64,000 nt of DNA from Candidatus Nanosyncoccaceae bacterium (GTDB lineage Bacteria > Patescibacteriota > Saccharimonadia > Saccharimonadales > Saccharimonadaceae). This document shows positions 1 to 9,900 of the stretch, one piece after another. The DNA lies in contig JBMNHQ010000002.1 of assembly GCA_050950465.1 (NCBI GenBank), positions 33,670 through 97,669 of the forward strand, written 5' to 3'. The notes beneath the pieces are model-generated. The model had not been told where the DNA came from. It worked only from the letters and a program-made list of their open reading frames with translations, and did no database searches. Position 1 is the first letter of the stretch. Each line of letters starts with the position of its first letter. The translations under genes and the position numbers were made by a program.

Positions 1-126
1 GCAATTGGTGGCCGGAACGGCAATACTGGTGGTTTTGCTGCAAATCCTGAGCTGGCAAAGATTGCTGGTGCTAAGGGTGGTCGAATTTCTCGACGTGGCA
101 AAGCTAAAGCTAAAACTAATGCTTAA
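1..126 (+). CDS. 3' fragment of a KGG-repeat general stress protein (YciG/GsiB-like); start lies outside the window
   Basis: Frame 1 is open from base 1: AIGGRNGNTGGFAANPELAKIAGAKGGRISRRGKAKAKTNA, with TAA at 124-126. The GGF..NPE.A...G.KGG pattern resembles the stress-induced KGG repeat. A strong hairpin follows. Confidence 0.5.
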   Translation, partial: AIGGRNGNTGGFAANPELAKIAGAKGGRISRRGKAKAKTNA

Positions 127-140
127 GCCAGTTAAAGCAC

Positions 141-176
141 AAAATAGGCCCCTGAATTGGGGCCTATTTTAGTTTT
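141..176. terminator. Bidirectional rho-independent terminator between convergent genes
   Basis: AAAATAGGCCCC (141-152), loop TGAATT, GGGGCCTATTTT (159-170): a perfect 12-bp stem followed by a T-rich run. The A-tract on the other side serves the minus-strand gene. Confidence 0.75.
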
Positions 177-649
177 TGTTTCTTAATTCTAGTAAATTTG
201 GCTTCATTGGATTGCCATTTTTGGCCACAAATTGGACAGTTATAGATCAAATCATCGGCTTGTTGGCCAGTTGATTGACAATTTGGGCATAAGCTACGCT
301 TATAGAGCCAGTTGCGATAATATTCAAGATAGTAGTCCGCAAGAGCTTGATTAAATTTTTTGACGTACCTAGGGTAAAAGTTGTGGCGACTATATTCCCA
401 AGCGGCTAGTTCTAATTTAACTAATTCGTTATCATAAAAATAACCCTCATGTTTTAATTTTGCATGAGCCAATTCATGCAGTAGAAGATGAAGTGATTTT
501 GGCGATTGATCATTGTCTTTATAAAAAAGAGTTTGACTAGCTGGCGACCAACAGAAATTGTCACCCACTATGAATTTTATTTCGGGGTGATCAGATTTTA
601 ATTGTTTAACTAATTGCTCAAGACTGTTTTCTGAGGATAGTTCTTTCAT
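164..649 (-). CDS. Small HExxH protein with C-terminal zinc ribbon (putative metallopeptidase-like; family not recognised)
   Basis: The ORF track gives 164..697, but the first 16 codons overlap the ROK gene, so I prefer the internal ATG at 649 (MKELSSEN...). Contains an HELAH motif and CPNC...CPIC cysteine pairs. Confidence 0.6.
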   Translation of the reverse strand: MKELSSENSLEQLVKQLKSDHPEIKFIVGDNFCWSPASQTLFYKDNDQSPKSLHLLLHELAHAKLKHEGYFYDNELVKLELAAWEYSRHNFYPRYVKKFNQALADYYLEYYRNWLYKRSLCPNCQSTGQQADDLIYNCPICGQKWQSNEAKFTRIKKQKLK

Positions 650-1439
650 AAATACCAATACCGTAAATGACGGCCAAATCAGGCTGCGATGCAGCAATGA
701 TACGTGGGCGATCTAGTTTGATGGGCAGTTTCTCATCCAGCAAGTCATTTAAAAGCGGTCCGTATTTAGAAAAGCTCATTCCCATACTGCCACCGATTAT
801 TATTAGTTCTGGTTGAATAATTGGTACTAACACTAAGAGGCCACGAGCAATTCGGTCTGTAATGGCTTGCCAAATACGTCTGCTGGTTATCTCTTCAGCT
901 AATTTATCATAAGCTTCGTAAATAGCCTTGCCAGAAGCAAATGATTCCCAGGTTCTAATTTTACCGTCGTATTCCAACTCGGTCATTCCGGCTTCAGAGT
1001 TAAGAAGCCCTTTTACCAACTTACCGTCTATAATAATACTTGACCCGATACCAGCTCCAATTGATAAATAGACGGCTGAACGAGGCGTTTGTGCTAGAGC
1101 GTCTACTTCGGCTAATCCAGCTAAATTAGCGTCGTTCTCAAGTGTGACTGGTACTTCAAAGGTTGATTGAAGTGCTCCAGCTAAATCAAAGTTATCCCAG
1201 TTGTCATCTAGGTTACTACACCAAGCCACACGGTTATCTTTAACCGGCCCGGGCACTCCTACAATTATCTGGTCAAAATTTAGTTTAGAGAATTGACTGG
1301 CAATTGCGGCCGTAATAACATCTGTTGCATCCGTGGCGCTATTTGGTGTCGCCATTTTAATATGATTGATAATTTCGCCGTTTTTATTAAGGCTAGCCAC
1401 AATCGTGTTAGCACTGCCGACGTCCACCGCTATAATCAT
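618..1439 (-). CDS. ROK-family sugar kinase (glucokinase-like)
   Basis: N-terminal phosphate-binding MIIAVDVGSANT, the ENDANLAGLAE region typical of ROK kinases, and a GAGIGS glycine-rich loop. Confidence 0.85.
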   Translation of the reverse strand: MIIAVDVGSANTIVASLNKNGEIINHIKMATPNSATDATDVITAAIASQFSKLNFDQIIVGVPGPVKDNRVAWCSNLDDNWDNFDLAGALQSTFEVPVTLENDANLAGLAEVDALAQTPRSAVYLSIGAGIGSSIIIDGKLVKGLLNSEAGMTELEYDGKIRTWESFASGKAIYEAYDKLAEEITSRRIWQAITDRIARGLLVLVPIIQPELIIIGGSMGMSFSKYGPLLNDLLDEKLPIKLDRPRIIAASQPDLAVIYGIGIYERTILRKQS

Positions 1440-1585
1440 TTAATTTTCTCTCCTCATTCTCTTGCTTTAGTACTACGTGTAATTAAGCGTCGTTCGGAAA
1501 AGAAAAATTGTTTTCTTTTCGCTCACTGGCTTTAATTATACACTAATTTACGCTATAATAGACTCAGTATTACGCTAAAGGGAGT

Positions 1586-2008
1586 TTGAATATGAGTATC
1601 AAAAGCGCAGTGCGCGATAGGTCATTTGTAAAATTCTTGGTGGGCGGAATTATTCTATTGACTCTAACAGGTGGTGGAATTTATCTTGTCAAGAAGTCTC
1701 AACCGGTAGCCGATAGTCAAGATGATAACAATATGTCAACGCAGCTTATTGATAGTGGGGGTGAAAATAAAGATAAGCCGATGGTGACAGTTGACTCTGA
1801 TGATGAGGCTAAGGTTTCAAATAACTCTAGTCGGCCTAGTAATTCTGACACCTTGCCGTCTGACAATATTGACGAGGGCTCCTCGGAGGTTGCTTCTGCA
1901 TCAGGGTCGTTGCCACGAACTGGTCCATTAAACACTGTATCACAGACTTTCCTACTCGGAGTCATGGTTTATAGTGTAACTTATATTATCTCTAATAGGC
2001 GTCGTTAA
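1586..2008 (+). CDS. Small LPXTG-anchored cell-surface protein
   Basis: AAGGGAG SD, then TTG 1586 or ATG 1592. N-terminal hydrophobic signal (FLVGGIILLTLTGGGIYLV), a Ser/Asp/Asn-rich disordered middle, then LPRTG (1910-1924) plus a hydrophobic helix and RRR tail. Confidence 0.8.
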   Translation: MNMSIKSAVRDRSFVKFLVGGIILLTLTGGGIYLVKKSQPVADSQDDNNMSTQLIDSGGENKDKPMVTVDSDDEAKVSNNSSRPSNSDTLPSDNIDEGSSEVASASGSLPRTGPLNTVSQTFLLGVMVYSVTYIISNRRR

Positions 2009-2010
2009 CC

Positions 2011-2039
2011 TTGAAAAAACTCTTTTAATCAGGTAAAAT
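2011..2039 (+). promoter_or_regulatory. Candidate sigma70-type promoter for rpsA
   Basis: TTGAAA (2011-2016), 17-nt spacer, TAAAAT (2034-2039). Confidence 0.5.
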
Positions 2040-2122
2040 GATTATTAATCATCGGGTGTTCTTAGGTTTTGCCTGAATTACACTTGAGGAAATACAATTA
2101 AGGAAGGAGTCTTTTTAGACTT

Positions 2123-3190
2123 ATGGCACAAGCCAAAAATGATTTAACAATGGATGAGCTGTTGGCTCAGTATGACGGAGGTAATCCTTTAGTAATCGGT
2201 GAGGTTATTGAGGGTAAGGTCCTGTCAGTAAAAAAACACGAAATCTTGATTGATTTGGGGGCACGAGGAATTGGTATGGTTCCACGACGTGAAGTCGAGT
2301 TCTCAAGAAATTTACAAGTTGGCGACAGTGTTGACGCTAGTGTGATTGATTCGGAGATGGAAGACGGTCGTGTTTTATTATCTCTTCGTAAGGCCGCAAA
2401 AGATAAGGGTTGGGAAGAGGCGATTAAAGCGATGGAGGAAGAGGAGGTTGTTGAGGTTGAGGCTTTTGATGCCAACCGAGGCGGTCTGCTGATTGAATAC
2501 GAGGGTGTACGAGGCTTCTTGCCCGTTTCTCAGTTGTCAGCTGAACATTACCCACGACTATCGTCAAATGACAAAGACGAAATTTTGCAGCGGCTAAACG
2601 CTCTTTTGGGTAAGAAGCTCAAAGTTCGGGTGATCGATGTTGATCGCAAAACTAATAAACTAATCTTCAGTGAAAAGGCTGCTGTTAAGGATAACCTAGC
2701 TGAAGTCTTTGATAAGCTAGTGGTTGGTGATGTTGTTAAGGGCGTCGTAACTGGTGTAGTTGATTTTGGTGTTTTTGTTAATGTTGAGGGTATTGAAGGG
2801 TTGATTCATATTTCGGAGATTAGCTGGGAGCGGGTTTTGAATCCAGCCGATTATGTAAAGGTTGGCGATAAGGTTGATGCTAAAATAATCGATATTGACA
2901 AGGATCGTTTAAGTCTTAGTATGAAGCAGCTAACTGAAGATCCGTGGCTAGGCGAAGTCGAGAAGTTTTCTAAGGGTTCCGAAATCGAGGGTACTATTAC
3001 ACGCATTACACCATTTGGGGCCTTTGTACAGCTAAGCCCAGCTGTAGAAGCTCTGGTACATGTATCAGAGCTCGGTAAAGGTAATGATGTTGATCCAGAG
3101 AGCGTCTTTACCCTAAATGAAAAGAAGAAGTTTCGTGTTCTGGAAATTGATAAATCAAATCGTAAGATCTCGCTATGCTTAGCTAACTAA
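2123..3190 (+). CDS. rpsA: 30S ribosomal protein S1 (short, four S1 domains)
   Basis: Four tandem S1/OB repeats, e.g. GEVIEGKVLSVKKHEILIDLG, GDVVKGVVTGVVDFGVFVNV, GSEIEGTITRITPFGAFVQL. AGGAAGGAG SD upstream. Confidence 0.9.
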   Translation: MAQAKNDLTMDELLAQYDGGNPLVIGEVIEGKVLSVKKHEILIDLGARGIGMVPRREVEFSRNLQVGDSVDASVIDSEMEDGRVLLSLRKAAKDKGWEEAIKAMEEEEVVEVEAFDANRGGLLIEYEGVRGFLPVSQLSAEHYPRLSSNDKDEILQRLNALLGKKLKVRVIDVDRKTNKLIFSEKAAVKDNLAEVFDKLVVGDVVKGVVTGVVDFGVFVNVEGIEGLIHISEISWERVLNPADYVKVGDKVDAKIIDIDKDRLSLSMKQLTEDPWLGEVEKFSKGSEIEGTITRITPFGAFVQLSPAVEALVHVSELGKGNDVDPESVFTLNEKKKFRVLEIDKSNRKISLCLAN

Positions 3191-3228
3191 TCGAAGTACA
3201 GCAAGTTGCCTACTGGGAAAGGAGAGAA

Positions 3229-5001
3229 ATGGCACAAGAAAAAATCATAAAAATGACGGAAGCTATCACCGTGAATGAACTGGCCAACAACCTCAATATC
3301 CCAGTAGGCTCTTTGATTGGTGAATTATTTAAAAACGGTATCGTGGCAACAATCAATCAAAAGATTGATTTTGAGACTGTCGAAATTATCCTTAGCGAGC
3401 TAGGTATAACCAACGTTACATTGGAGAAGGTTGCTCTCTCAGACGATATTATTAAGCGTCACAAGCTGTCAGAAAATGCTGAAGATCGACCACCGATTGT
3501 GGCTGTTATGGGACATGTTGATCATGGCAAGACAACACTGCTTGATTATCTATTAAAAACCAAGGCAGTCGAAAAGGAAGCTGGTGGTATTACACAGTAT
3601 ATCTCAGCTTATCAAACTAAATGGAAAGGTAAGTCAGTAACTTTTTTAGATACACCAGGCCATGAAGCTTTTGCGGCTGTGCGGCAACATGGTGCTTGCC
3701 TGACAGATTTAGTTATTATTGTGGTGGCAGCTGACGACGGAGTAAAGCCTCAAACAGTTGAGGCAATTAAGTTTGCTCAGAGTGCCAACGCCAAAATTAT
3801 TGTGGCCATAAACAAGATTGATAAGACGACAGCTGATATCAATCGAGTTATGAGTCAGTTATCAACTGATCATCACTTGTCACCAGAGGAGTGGGGTGGC
3901 GATACCATCATGGTGCCGATTAGTGCTAAAACTGGTCAGGGTATTGATGACCTAATGGAAGCAGTTTTCTTAGTAGCAGAGATGGAAGAGCTCAAGGCTG
4001 ATTATGATGTTGATGCCGAAGGATTGGTGATTGAATCGAAGATTGAGCATGGGCGTGGTCCAGTGGTTAGATTATTGGTTCAGCAGGGCGGTCTAAAGGT
4101 GGGTGACTTTATCGTAGCAGGTGAAGCCTATGGTAAAGTTCGAACCATGGTTAATCATCTTGGTAAGCCAATGCGTATTGCTAGACCGTCAACTCCAGTT
4201 ACGGTGACTGGGTTCAAATCTTTACCACAGTTTGGCCAGTTATTTGTTGAAACTAAGACTGAGAAAGAAGCTAAGCAATTAGCTAACAACTTGCGTATTC
4301 GTAATCAAGAAAGTGCCGCCAGTAGTAATATCACAAGTGGCGATCTTTTGAAAATGATGAAGCAATTTGATGAAGCCAAGAACTTTAATGTTGTAATAAA
4401 AACAGATGTAGAGGGCAGTTTAACTTCAGTGATTGACAGTCTTAAATTAATTGATGCTGGTAGTGAGATTAAATTAAATATCGTTGAAAGTCGAGTCGGT
4501 GACATAACCGAAAATGATATTCGTCGAGCAGTTGGTGATAATACCATTATTTATGGATTTAATGTTTCGGTGTCATCGGCTATGAAGCAACTAGCTGCAC
4601 GTTTAGGTGTGTCAATTCGAATTTATAAGGTTATCTATGAGTTGATTGACGATGTTAAGTCAGAGATGGAAAAATTACTTTCTCCAGAAATTAGAGAAAC
4701 GGAAGTCGGTCGCTTAAAAGTTAAGGGCGTGTTTAAGATAGCTCGTAATGAGCTTGTTTTAGGCGGATTGGTAACAAGCGGTCAAATAACTAGTGGCTTG
4801 GTGGCTAAAATTATGCGTAAAAGAGGATTGATAGCAGAGGCAGAGGTTATGAACGTACAAAAGAATCAACAAGACGCGAAGGATGTGATTGAGGGTGATA
4901 TGTGTGGCATGTTGTTAAAAACACACGGCAAGGTAGCGGCTGAAATTGGTGATCAAATCATTTTTGTTAAACGCGAAGTTTTAGCACGAAAAATTAAATA
5001 A
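3229..5001 (+). CDS. infB: Translation initiation factor IF-2
   Basis: G-domain motifs [24 protein letters not shown]. The C-terminal IF2 domains are collinear. GGAGAG SD. Confidence 0.95.
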   Translation: MAQEKIIKMTEAITVNELANNLNIPVGSLIGELFKNGIVATINQKIDFETVEIILSELGITNVTLEKVALSDDIIKRHKLSENAEDRPPIVAVMGHVDHGKTTLLDYLLKTKAVEKEAGGITQYISAYQTKWKGKSVTFLDTPGHEAFAAVRQHGACLTDLVIIVVAADDGVKPQTVEAIKFAQSANAKIIVAINKIDKTTADINRVMSQLSTDHHLSPEEWGGDTIMVPISAKTGQGIDDLMEAVFLVAEMEELKADYDVDAEGLVIESKIEHGRGPVVRLLVQQGGLKVGDFIVAGEAYGKVRTMVNHLGKPMRIARPSTPVTVTGFKSLPQFGQLFVETKTEKEAKQLANNLRIRNQESAASSNITSGDLLKMMKQFDEAKNFNVVIKTDVEGSLTSVIDSLKLIDAGSEIKLNIVESRVGDITENDIRRAVGDNTIIYGFNVSVSSAMKQLAARLGVSIRIYKVIYELIDDVKSEMEKLLSPEIRETEVGRLKVKGVFKIARNELVLGGLVTSGQITSGLVAKIMRKRGLIAEAEVMNVQKNQQDAKDVIEGDMCGMLLKTHGKVAAEIGDQIIFVKREVLARKIK

Positions 5002-5025
5002 ACTGTGTTAGAATAGTGCTTAGTT

Positions 5026-5442
5026 ATGTTAAAGTTAGACAATAATTTTTTAGCCGAACTGGGTCTTGCAGGTATGCCAGAGGATCAAAAGGGTGAGTTC
5101 CTCAAATACGTTTTAAATACATTAGAGGATAGAGTGGGACGTGAGTTAGCTATTGGTATGACGCAGCGTCAAATTGATGAATTTAAGATGCTCAATAAGG
5201 GCGATAGTAGCTTCGTAGCTCGGTGGCTAACTGAATATGATCCAACTTATAGTTCGAGTGATATGTTTTTGAATATGCAGGAGTCTCTAGGTTTAGACCC
5301 AGCTGACCCGAAGTTGCTACTACAGTATGCCTCAGCACGATGGCTAACCTTAAACCGACCAGACTATGCCCAAGTAGTGGCTGATAATATGCAGGCTATT
5401 CGACAAGAAATTATTGCTAACCGTGATCAGCTATTAGGATAA
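5026..5442 (+). CDS. Hypothetical protein (helical, no recognised motif)
   Basis: 138-aa ORF with normal composition, occupying the only open frame between infB and fmt. Its 3' end overlaps the convergent fmt by 9 nt. Confidence 0.55.
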   Translation: MLKLDNNFLAELGLAGMPEDQKGEFLKYVLNTLEDRVGRELAIGMTQRQIDEFKMLNKGDSSFVARWLTEYDPTYSSSDMFLNMQESLGLDPADPKLLLQYASARWLTLNRPDYAQVVADNMQAIRQEIIANRDQLLG

Positions 5443-6315
5443 AAAGTTGTTGATATATTGTTGGGCGGTAGTTGGTTTACCGCTTGGGCTTAGAACAGTT
5501 TTAATATTCAAGTAGTTGTTATCTTTACAGCGGATGGATAATCTCGTATCTGGCTTTTCTCCAACCGTTGCTTTTAATACAACAATCTCTCTGTCTCGGT
5601 ATCTTAGACGGGATTTTGGCCAAATATTATAAGCCCTAATTTGACGTTCCAGTTCTTGTGCGGTGTATAAGGTAGGATTGAGAATTCCGTCAGATTTTTT
5701 AATCATGTGACAAAAGGTGGCCTTATTGTGGTCTTGCGGTCTAGCCTCGAGTCCATTTTCAATATCCGCAAGAGTTCTAATTAACAGGTCATTGCTTAGA
5801 CTAATTAGTTTGTTATTTAATTCAACAATTGTTTCTTTGCCAGTTAGTTTAAGTTTGGCTTGGCTATAAACTGGACCAGCATCGACTTCGTTGACAAGTA
5901 ACATGATACTAACCCCTGTTGCTTTATCGCCAGCCAATATGGAGCTGATGATTGGTGATGGGCCACGATGCTTGGGCAGGAGTGATGGATGAACGTTGAT
6001 TATCCCGTTCTTGAAAGCAGTAATAACATCTTCGGGGATGATTTTACCAAACATAGCAAGTATGCCAGTTTGACCGGTTGTATTAGCCACAGCCTGACGG
6101 ATGTCATCTTTATTAGCAACCTCAAAAACTTTTATATTTGATTTCAGAGCCAGTTGCTTAACCTTAGTGGGTCGTTTTTTTCGTCCTCGACCGCTAATCA
6201 AATCAGGCTTAGTAATAACGGCTTCAATTTCAAAATCTGAATTTATCAAACCATGCAGAATTTCTGCACTAAGATCTTCAGTCCCGAAAAATACCAGCGG
6301 CGACAACCTTGTCAT
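5434..6315 (-). CDS. fmt: Methionyl-tRNA formyltransferase
   Basis: Formyltransferase core with INVHPSLLPKHRGPSPI (SLLP motif) and a C-terminal tRNA-binding domain. Classic def-fmt order. Confidence 0.9.
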   Translation of the reverse strand: MTRLSPLVFFGTEDLSAEILHGLINSDFEIEAVITKPDLISGRGRKKRPTKVKQLALKSNIKVFEVANKDDIRQAVANTTGQTGILAMFGKIIPEDVITAFKNGIINVHPSLLPKHRGPSPIISSILAGDKATGVSIMLLVNEVDAGPVYSQAKLKLTGKETIVELNNKLISLSNDLLIRTLADIENGLEARPQDHNKATFCHMIKKSDGILNPTLYTAQELERQIRAYNIWPKSRLRYRDREIVVLKATVGEKPDTRLSIRCKDNNYLNIKTVLSPSGKPTTAQQYINNFLS

Positions 6316-6838
6316 AATTTACCTTTCTTAATCTACCTTCCTTGTTTAATTTATAAAAAGCATCAGGTTGATCCTTGATGTGATCGACAAATGGGATGCC
6401 ATTTAAGTGGTCAATTTCGTGCTGCAGTGTGCGCGCCATAAAACCGTCAGCTTTAAAAAAGATTGTTTTGCCATCTTCGGTTTTGGCTTTAACCTTAACT
6501 TTAGGGAAGCGCGCTACTTTACCGTAGAAATCAGGTACGCTTAAGCAGCCTTCAAAATCGACTTCTTTTCGTCCGCTAGCTTTAATAATTTCCGGATTAA
6601 TTAAAGCGGTAAAGTCTTGCTTGGTAGAATCTTCTCGAATGATAATAATCCGTCGCATTATGCCGATTTGTACCGCTGCTAGAGCGCTACTAATTTCGTT
6701 TGGTCTACTATTTTCCCAATCAATCGCGGCTTGTTTCATAGCAGCGATGTCTTTACGTACGCCATCGTCAATTCTAATTACTGGATTAGATTTTTGCCTA
6801 AGTCTCTCATCGGGTAAGGTGACGATTAATTTTTTCAT
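6278..6838 (-). CDS. def: Peptide deformylase
   Basis: Metal-ligand motifs EGCLSVP and QHEIDHLNG. I prefer the ATG at 6838 (MKKLIVTLPD...) over the ORF-track start at 6931, which runs into priA. Confidence 0.9.
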   Translation of the reverse strand: MKKLIVTLPDERLRQKSNPVIRIDDGVRKDIAAMKQAAIDWENSRPNEISSALAAVQIGIMRRIIIIREDSTKQDFTALINPEIIKASGRKEVDFEGCLSVPDFYGKVARFPKVKVKAKTEDGKTIFFKADGFMARTLQHEIDHLNGIPFVDHIKDQPDAFYKLNKEGRLRKVNYDKVVAAGIFRD

Positions 6839-6851
6839 AGCTTTAAGTATA

Positions 6852-8783
6852 TCAGAGAAGACTCTCGGGGTCGATATCGTATTGCCAATTAGTATTCGGC
6901 AATAATTTGATAATGTCCTGCAGAGTAGCACGTTTTTTAGATTTTATAATCAATTGCCAATTGTAGCGATTCCGTAACTTCTCGTAAAAAGCTGGTGCAG
7001 GCCCAATGACCTCGACTTGCGGATAGTCTTTTTTGATTTGATTAGCCAGCTTAGCCGTTTGAGAAATGCAACTAGCCTCAGTTTTATAAGCAACTTTTAA
7101 TTTTAGTAAATAGGTAAAAGGGGGATAATTTAACTGTTGCCGCTTTTTAATAGTTTCTTTATAGAATGCTTGATAGTCTTGTTCTAGACCAAGCTGAATA
7201 CTGGTCTGCTGTGGTTGATAAGTTTGGACAATGACTCGAGTGGGTTTGTCATCGCGGCCAACACGACCAACTACTTGGGCGATTTGCTGGAAATTACGTT
7301 CCTGAGTAATGTAGTCTGGTATAGACAAGCCGGCATCGGCCTGCACAATACCAACAGTTGATAGGTTGGGCAAATTTAAGCCCTTAGTAATAACTTGAGT
7401 ACCTATTAAAATATCAACCTCACCATCCACTAATTGTCGGTACATCTTGTCGATTGTCTGAAGTCTACTACTGTCTGCATCAAAGCGGGCGATTTTGGCT
7501 TTAGGAAATTGACGTCTTACTTCACGCTCAATTAGCTTAGTACCAATACCAGTGTTATCTATCTCACTTGATTGACAGACTGGACAATTAAGAGGGGCTC
7601 GCATCTTGTATCCGCAAAGGTGGCAAACTAGCTTAAAGTAATCGTGATGCAGGATCAGTGGCACGTCGCATTTTGGGCAGGTGGCTGCCCAGCCACAATC
7701 ACGACAAATTGTGGCACTGCTTGAACCACGGCGGTTATGAAAAATTAGGGCTTGCTCACCAATAATCAGGGAGTTTTTTATGGAGCTGAGTAGCTGATTA
7801 GAGAGAAAACTATGGTGGCTAAAATTAGATTTTTTTGTCATATCAACTAATTCCATTTGAGGTGGTTGAACAATTTTAGCTGGTTTAGTCAAAGTGATAA
7901 TCTGATTTTCAGTGGCTTTTGCTAGCCAGTAATCAGCTACCGGTGGCGTGGCACTGCCTAGAATCAGTTTTGCTCCTGAGTGCTTTGCTAATACGGCGGC
8001 TACACGGCTGGTTTGATAGCGCGGGTTCTTGTCCTGCTTTAAGCTAGATTCATGAAATTCATCAATCACAACTAATCCTAGATTTGGTACGGGTGCGAAA
8101 ATTGCCGATCTGGCGCCGATTACTACTACGGGATTTGTTGAATTGAGACAAGTCTGCCAGTTGATATGCCGTTCGGCTTCGGTTAGTCCAGAATGAAGTA
8201 GAATAATTTTCTCAAAATACGACTCGAATTGGTTTATTAACTGTGCAGTGAGGGCAATCTCTGGCACTATAATAATTACACTTTTTTGCTGATTAAGAAT
8301 TTGTTTAGCAATTTCAAGATAAACAGTTGTTTTACCCGAACCGGTTATGCCATGCAGCAATGTGGTGGTATTATTTGAGTGGATAATTTTATCTATAGCA
8401 ATTCTCTGTTCTGGAGTTGGTATAAGTTGATGGGTTTTGTGCTTTATCGACTGGTCGTGCTTTTTAAATCGACGTTTCTTAGTCAACCCAGTTGGCAGGG
8501 CAGATTTTAGAACTTGTGGTAGTGGTGAACAATAATATTGACTAATCCAATCTAAGGTCTTTACTAAACTACGGGGCAGAGGGGTGGAATCAACAGTAGT
8601 GACAATCTCTTTAGTGGTAAAGTTTGGTTTAGTAGCGGTTGCGAAAATTACACCTGTAGTTAGTTTTTTACCTAGTGGAACGACGACAACCTGCCCAATT
8701 GGAAGCTTGCTGACATAATGGTATGTCAGAAGATCTTGGTTTTTAACTGCCAGCTGACTGGTTGCCACTAAATAATAGTGCAT
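6852..8783 (-). CDS. priA: Primosomal protein N' (replication restart helicase PriA)
   Basis: Walker A GITGSGKT, a DEFH box, and the Cys-rich zinc insertion CRDCGW..CPKCD..CHLCG..CPVCQ typical of PriA. Confidence 0.9.
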   Translation of the reverse strand: MHYYLVATSQLAVKNQDLLTYHYVSKLPIGQVVVVPLGKKLTTGVIFATATKPNFTTKEIVTTVDSTPLPRSLVKTLDWISQYYCSPLPQVLKSALPTGLTKKRRFKKHDQSIKHKTHQLIPTPEQRIAIDKIIHSNNTTTLLHGITGSGKTTVYLEIAKQILNQQKSVIIIVPEIALTAQLINQFESYFEKIILLHSGLTEAERHINWQTCLNSTNPVVVIGARSAIFAPVPNLGLVVIDEFHESSLKQDKNPRYQTSRVAAVLAKHSGAKLILGSATPPVADYWLAKATENQIITLTKPAKIVQPPQMELVDMTKKSNFSHHSFLSNQLLSSIKNSLIIGEQALIFHNRRGSSSATICRDCGWAATCPKCDVPLILHHDYFKLVCHLCGYKMRAPLNCPVCQSSEIDNTGIGTKLIEREVRRQFPKAKIARFDADSSRLQTIDKMYRQLVDGEVDILIGTQVITKGLNLPNLSTVGIVQADAGLSIPDYITQERNFQQIAQVVGRVGRDDKPTRVIVQTYQPQQTSIQLGLEQDYQAFYKETIKKRQQLNYPPFTYLLKLKVAYKTEASCISQTAKLANQIKKDYPQVEVIGPAPAFYEKLRNRYNWQLIIKSKKRATLQDIIKLLPNTNWQYDIDPESLL

Positions 8784-8870
8784 GGCTAGTATTATACCTC
8801 GTGCGGTAATTTAAATTCTCGAAAAGACTAAACAAGCTTTTGTTTTACTCTCGAATACTAGTAGCATATC

Positions 8871-8879
8871 TGATAAAAT
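8871..8879 (+). promoter_or_regulatory. Extended -10 promoter element placed for a leaderless transcript
   Basis: TGaTAAAAT at 8871-8879. The ATG at 8886 lies exactly 7 nt after the -10 hexamer, and there is no SD in between. Confidence 0.4.
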
Positions 8880-8885
8880 AAGCAT

Positions 8886-9542
8886 ATGTATTTTGAGAGT
8901 CGAGCTGAGGCTGGTGAGATCTTGGGAAAGAAGTTATACGAGCAGTATCGTTATGAAAACTGTGCGGTTCTGGCTATGAATAACGGTGGTGTATTAGTGG
9001 GACAGAAAATAGCTTCTCATCTACGCACTCTCCTGATGCTTTTAGTAACAGAAAGTATCGAGGTGCCAGGCGAAGGTTTAACATTTGGCTCGGTTTCGCA
9101 AAGTGGTAATTTCACTTATGATGGTGGTCTATCTCGCTTTGAAATTGCGGGCTATACTAGTGAGTTTAATAGTTATCTACAAGAGAAGAAACGCGAGGCT
9201 TTTCAAAAAATTAATCGTTTGATTGGTGATGCTGGTACAGTTGATACCGCAATGCTAAGGGGTCGAAACGTTATTTTAGTTAGCGATGGCTTTGATGCTA
9301 AAACTTCATTTGAGGCGGTATTAGATTTTCTTAAACCAATTAGGGTGCAAAGAATTATTGCTGCTTCTCCCGTTTCTTGTACAGCAGCGGTAAACAAATT
9401 ACATGCTCTAGTGGATGAGATTCACATCTTAGACGTCAAGGCTAATTATATTAGCACAAACCATTATTATGACGACAATAACATTCCTGAACAAGAAGAA
9501 ATAATTAGCTTCATTAGCCAAAATATATTAAATTGGCAATAA
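8886..9542 (+). CDS. Phosphoribosyltransferase-family protein (function unassigned)
   Basis: The N-terminal F.sRaEAGe.L...L pattern and a VILVSDG PRPP-loop-like acidic/hydrophobic motif resemble 'putative phosphoribosyltransferase' proteins. Confidence 0.65.
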   Translation: MYFESRAEAGEILGKKLYEQYRYENCAVLAMNNGGVLVGQKIASHLRTLLMLLVTESIEVPGEGLTFGSVSQSGNFTYDGGLSRFEIAGYTSEFNSYLQEKKREAFQKINRLIGDAGTVDTAMLRGRNVILVSDGFDAKTSFEAVLDFLKPIRVQRIIAASPVSCTAAVNKLHALVDEIHILDVKANYISTNHYYDDNNIPEQEEIISFISQNILNWQ

Positions 9543-9599
9543 AGTCTTGGAAAAATGTTGTAAAAAGTGTAAACTAGAATTAATGAAGAAAAGGGACTT

Positions 9600-9899
9600 A
9601 TGCTAGACGTATTTATAACATCGAGGGTGCGCCGCAAAATTGTGGTGGTCTATGCAAAGTACCCCGATTTCCGTACCCACGTTAGGGGACTGGCAAAGCT
9701 TATCAAAGAGGATCCGGGTAATATTCAGCGTGAATTAAAACGACTAGAGAATGTCGGCTTCCTGCGATGTGAACGTAAGGGTAATTCGCGAGTCTACTCT
9801 GCTAATAAGCAATTTTTAATTTTTAAAGAATTACAAAGTATTGTGATAAAAACTCAGCAACACGCTGCTAAGAAAAGAGCCTCAAGAAGAGCTAGCTAG
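9600..9899 (+). CDS. Small winged-helix (ArsR/MarR-like) DNA-binding protein
   Basis: The HTH-wing pattern LAKLIKEDPGNIQRELKRLENVGFLRCERKGNSRVY plus a basic tail. Its stop lies 1 nt before the recJ GTG. Confidence 0.6.
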   Translation: MLDVFITSRVRRKIVVVYAKYPDFRTHVRGLAKLIKEDPGNIQRELKRLENVGFLRCERKGNSRVYSANKQFLIFKELQSIVIKTQQHAAKKRASRRAS

Positions 9900-9900
9900 C

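Noticed and set aside
1293-4547. Shadow ORFs 1293-1535(+), 1717-1965(-), 2167-2475(-) and 4305-4547(-). The same kind occurs elsewhere, e.g. 6101-6331, 6621-6905, 9203-9397, 10485-10769, 11588-11785, 12622-12807, 14596-14841, 14869-15060, 15084-15458, 15480-15701, 15864-16232, 16105-16287, 17890-18105
   Set aside because: All are embedded in, or antisense to, genes with strong conserved motifs. They are short, lack SD sequences and have biased low-complexity composition.
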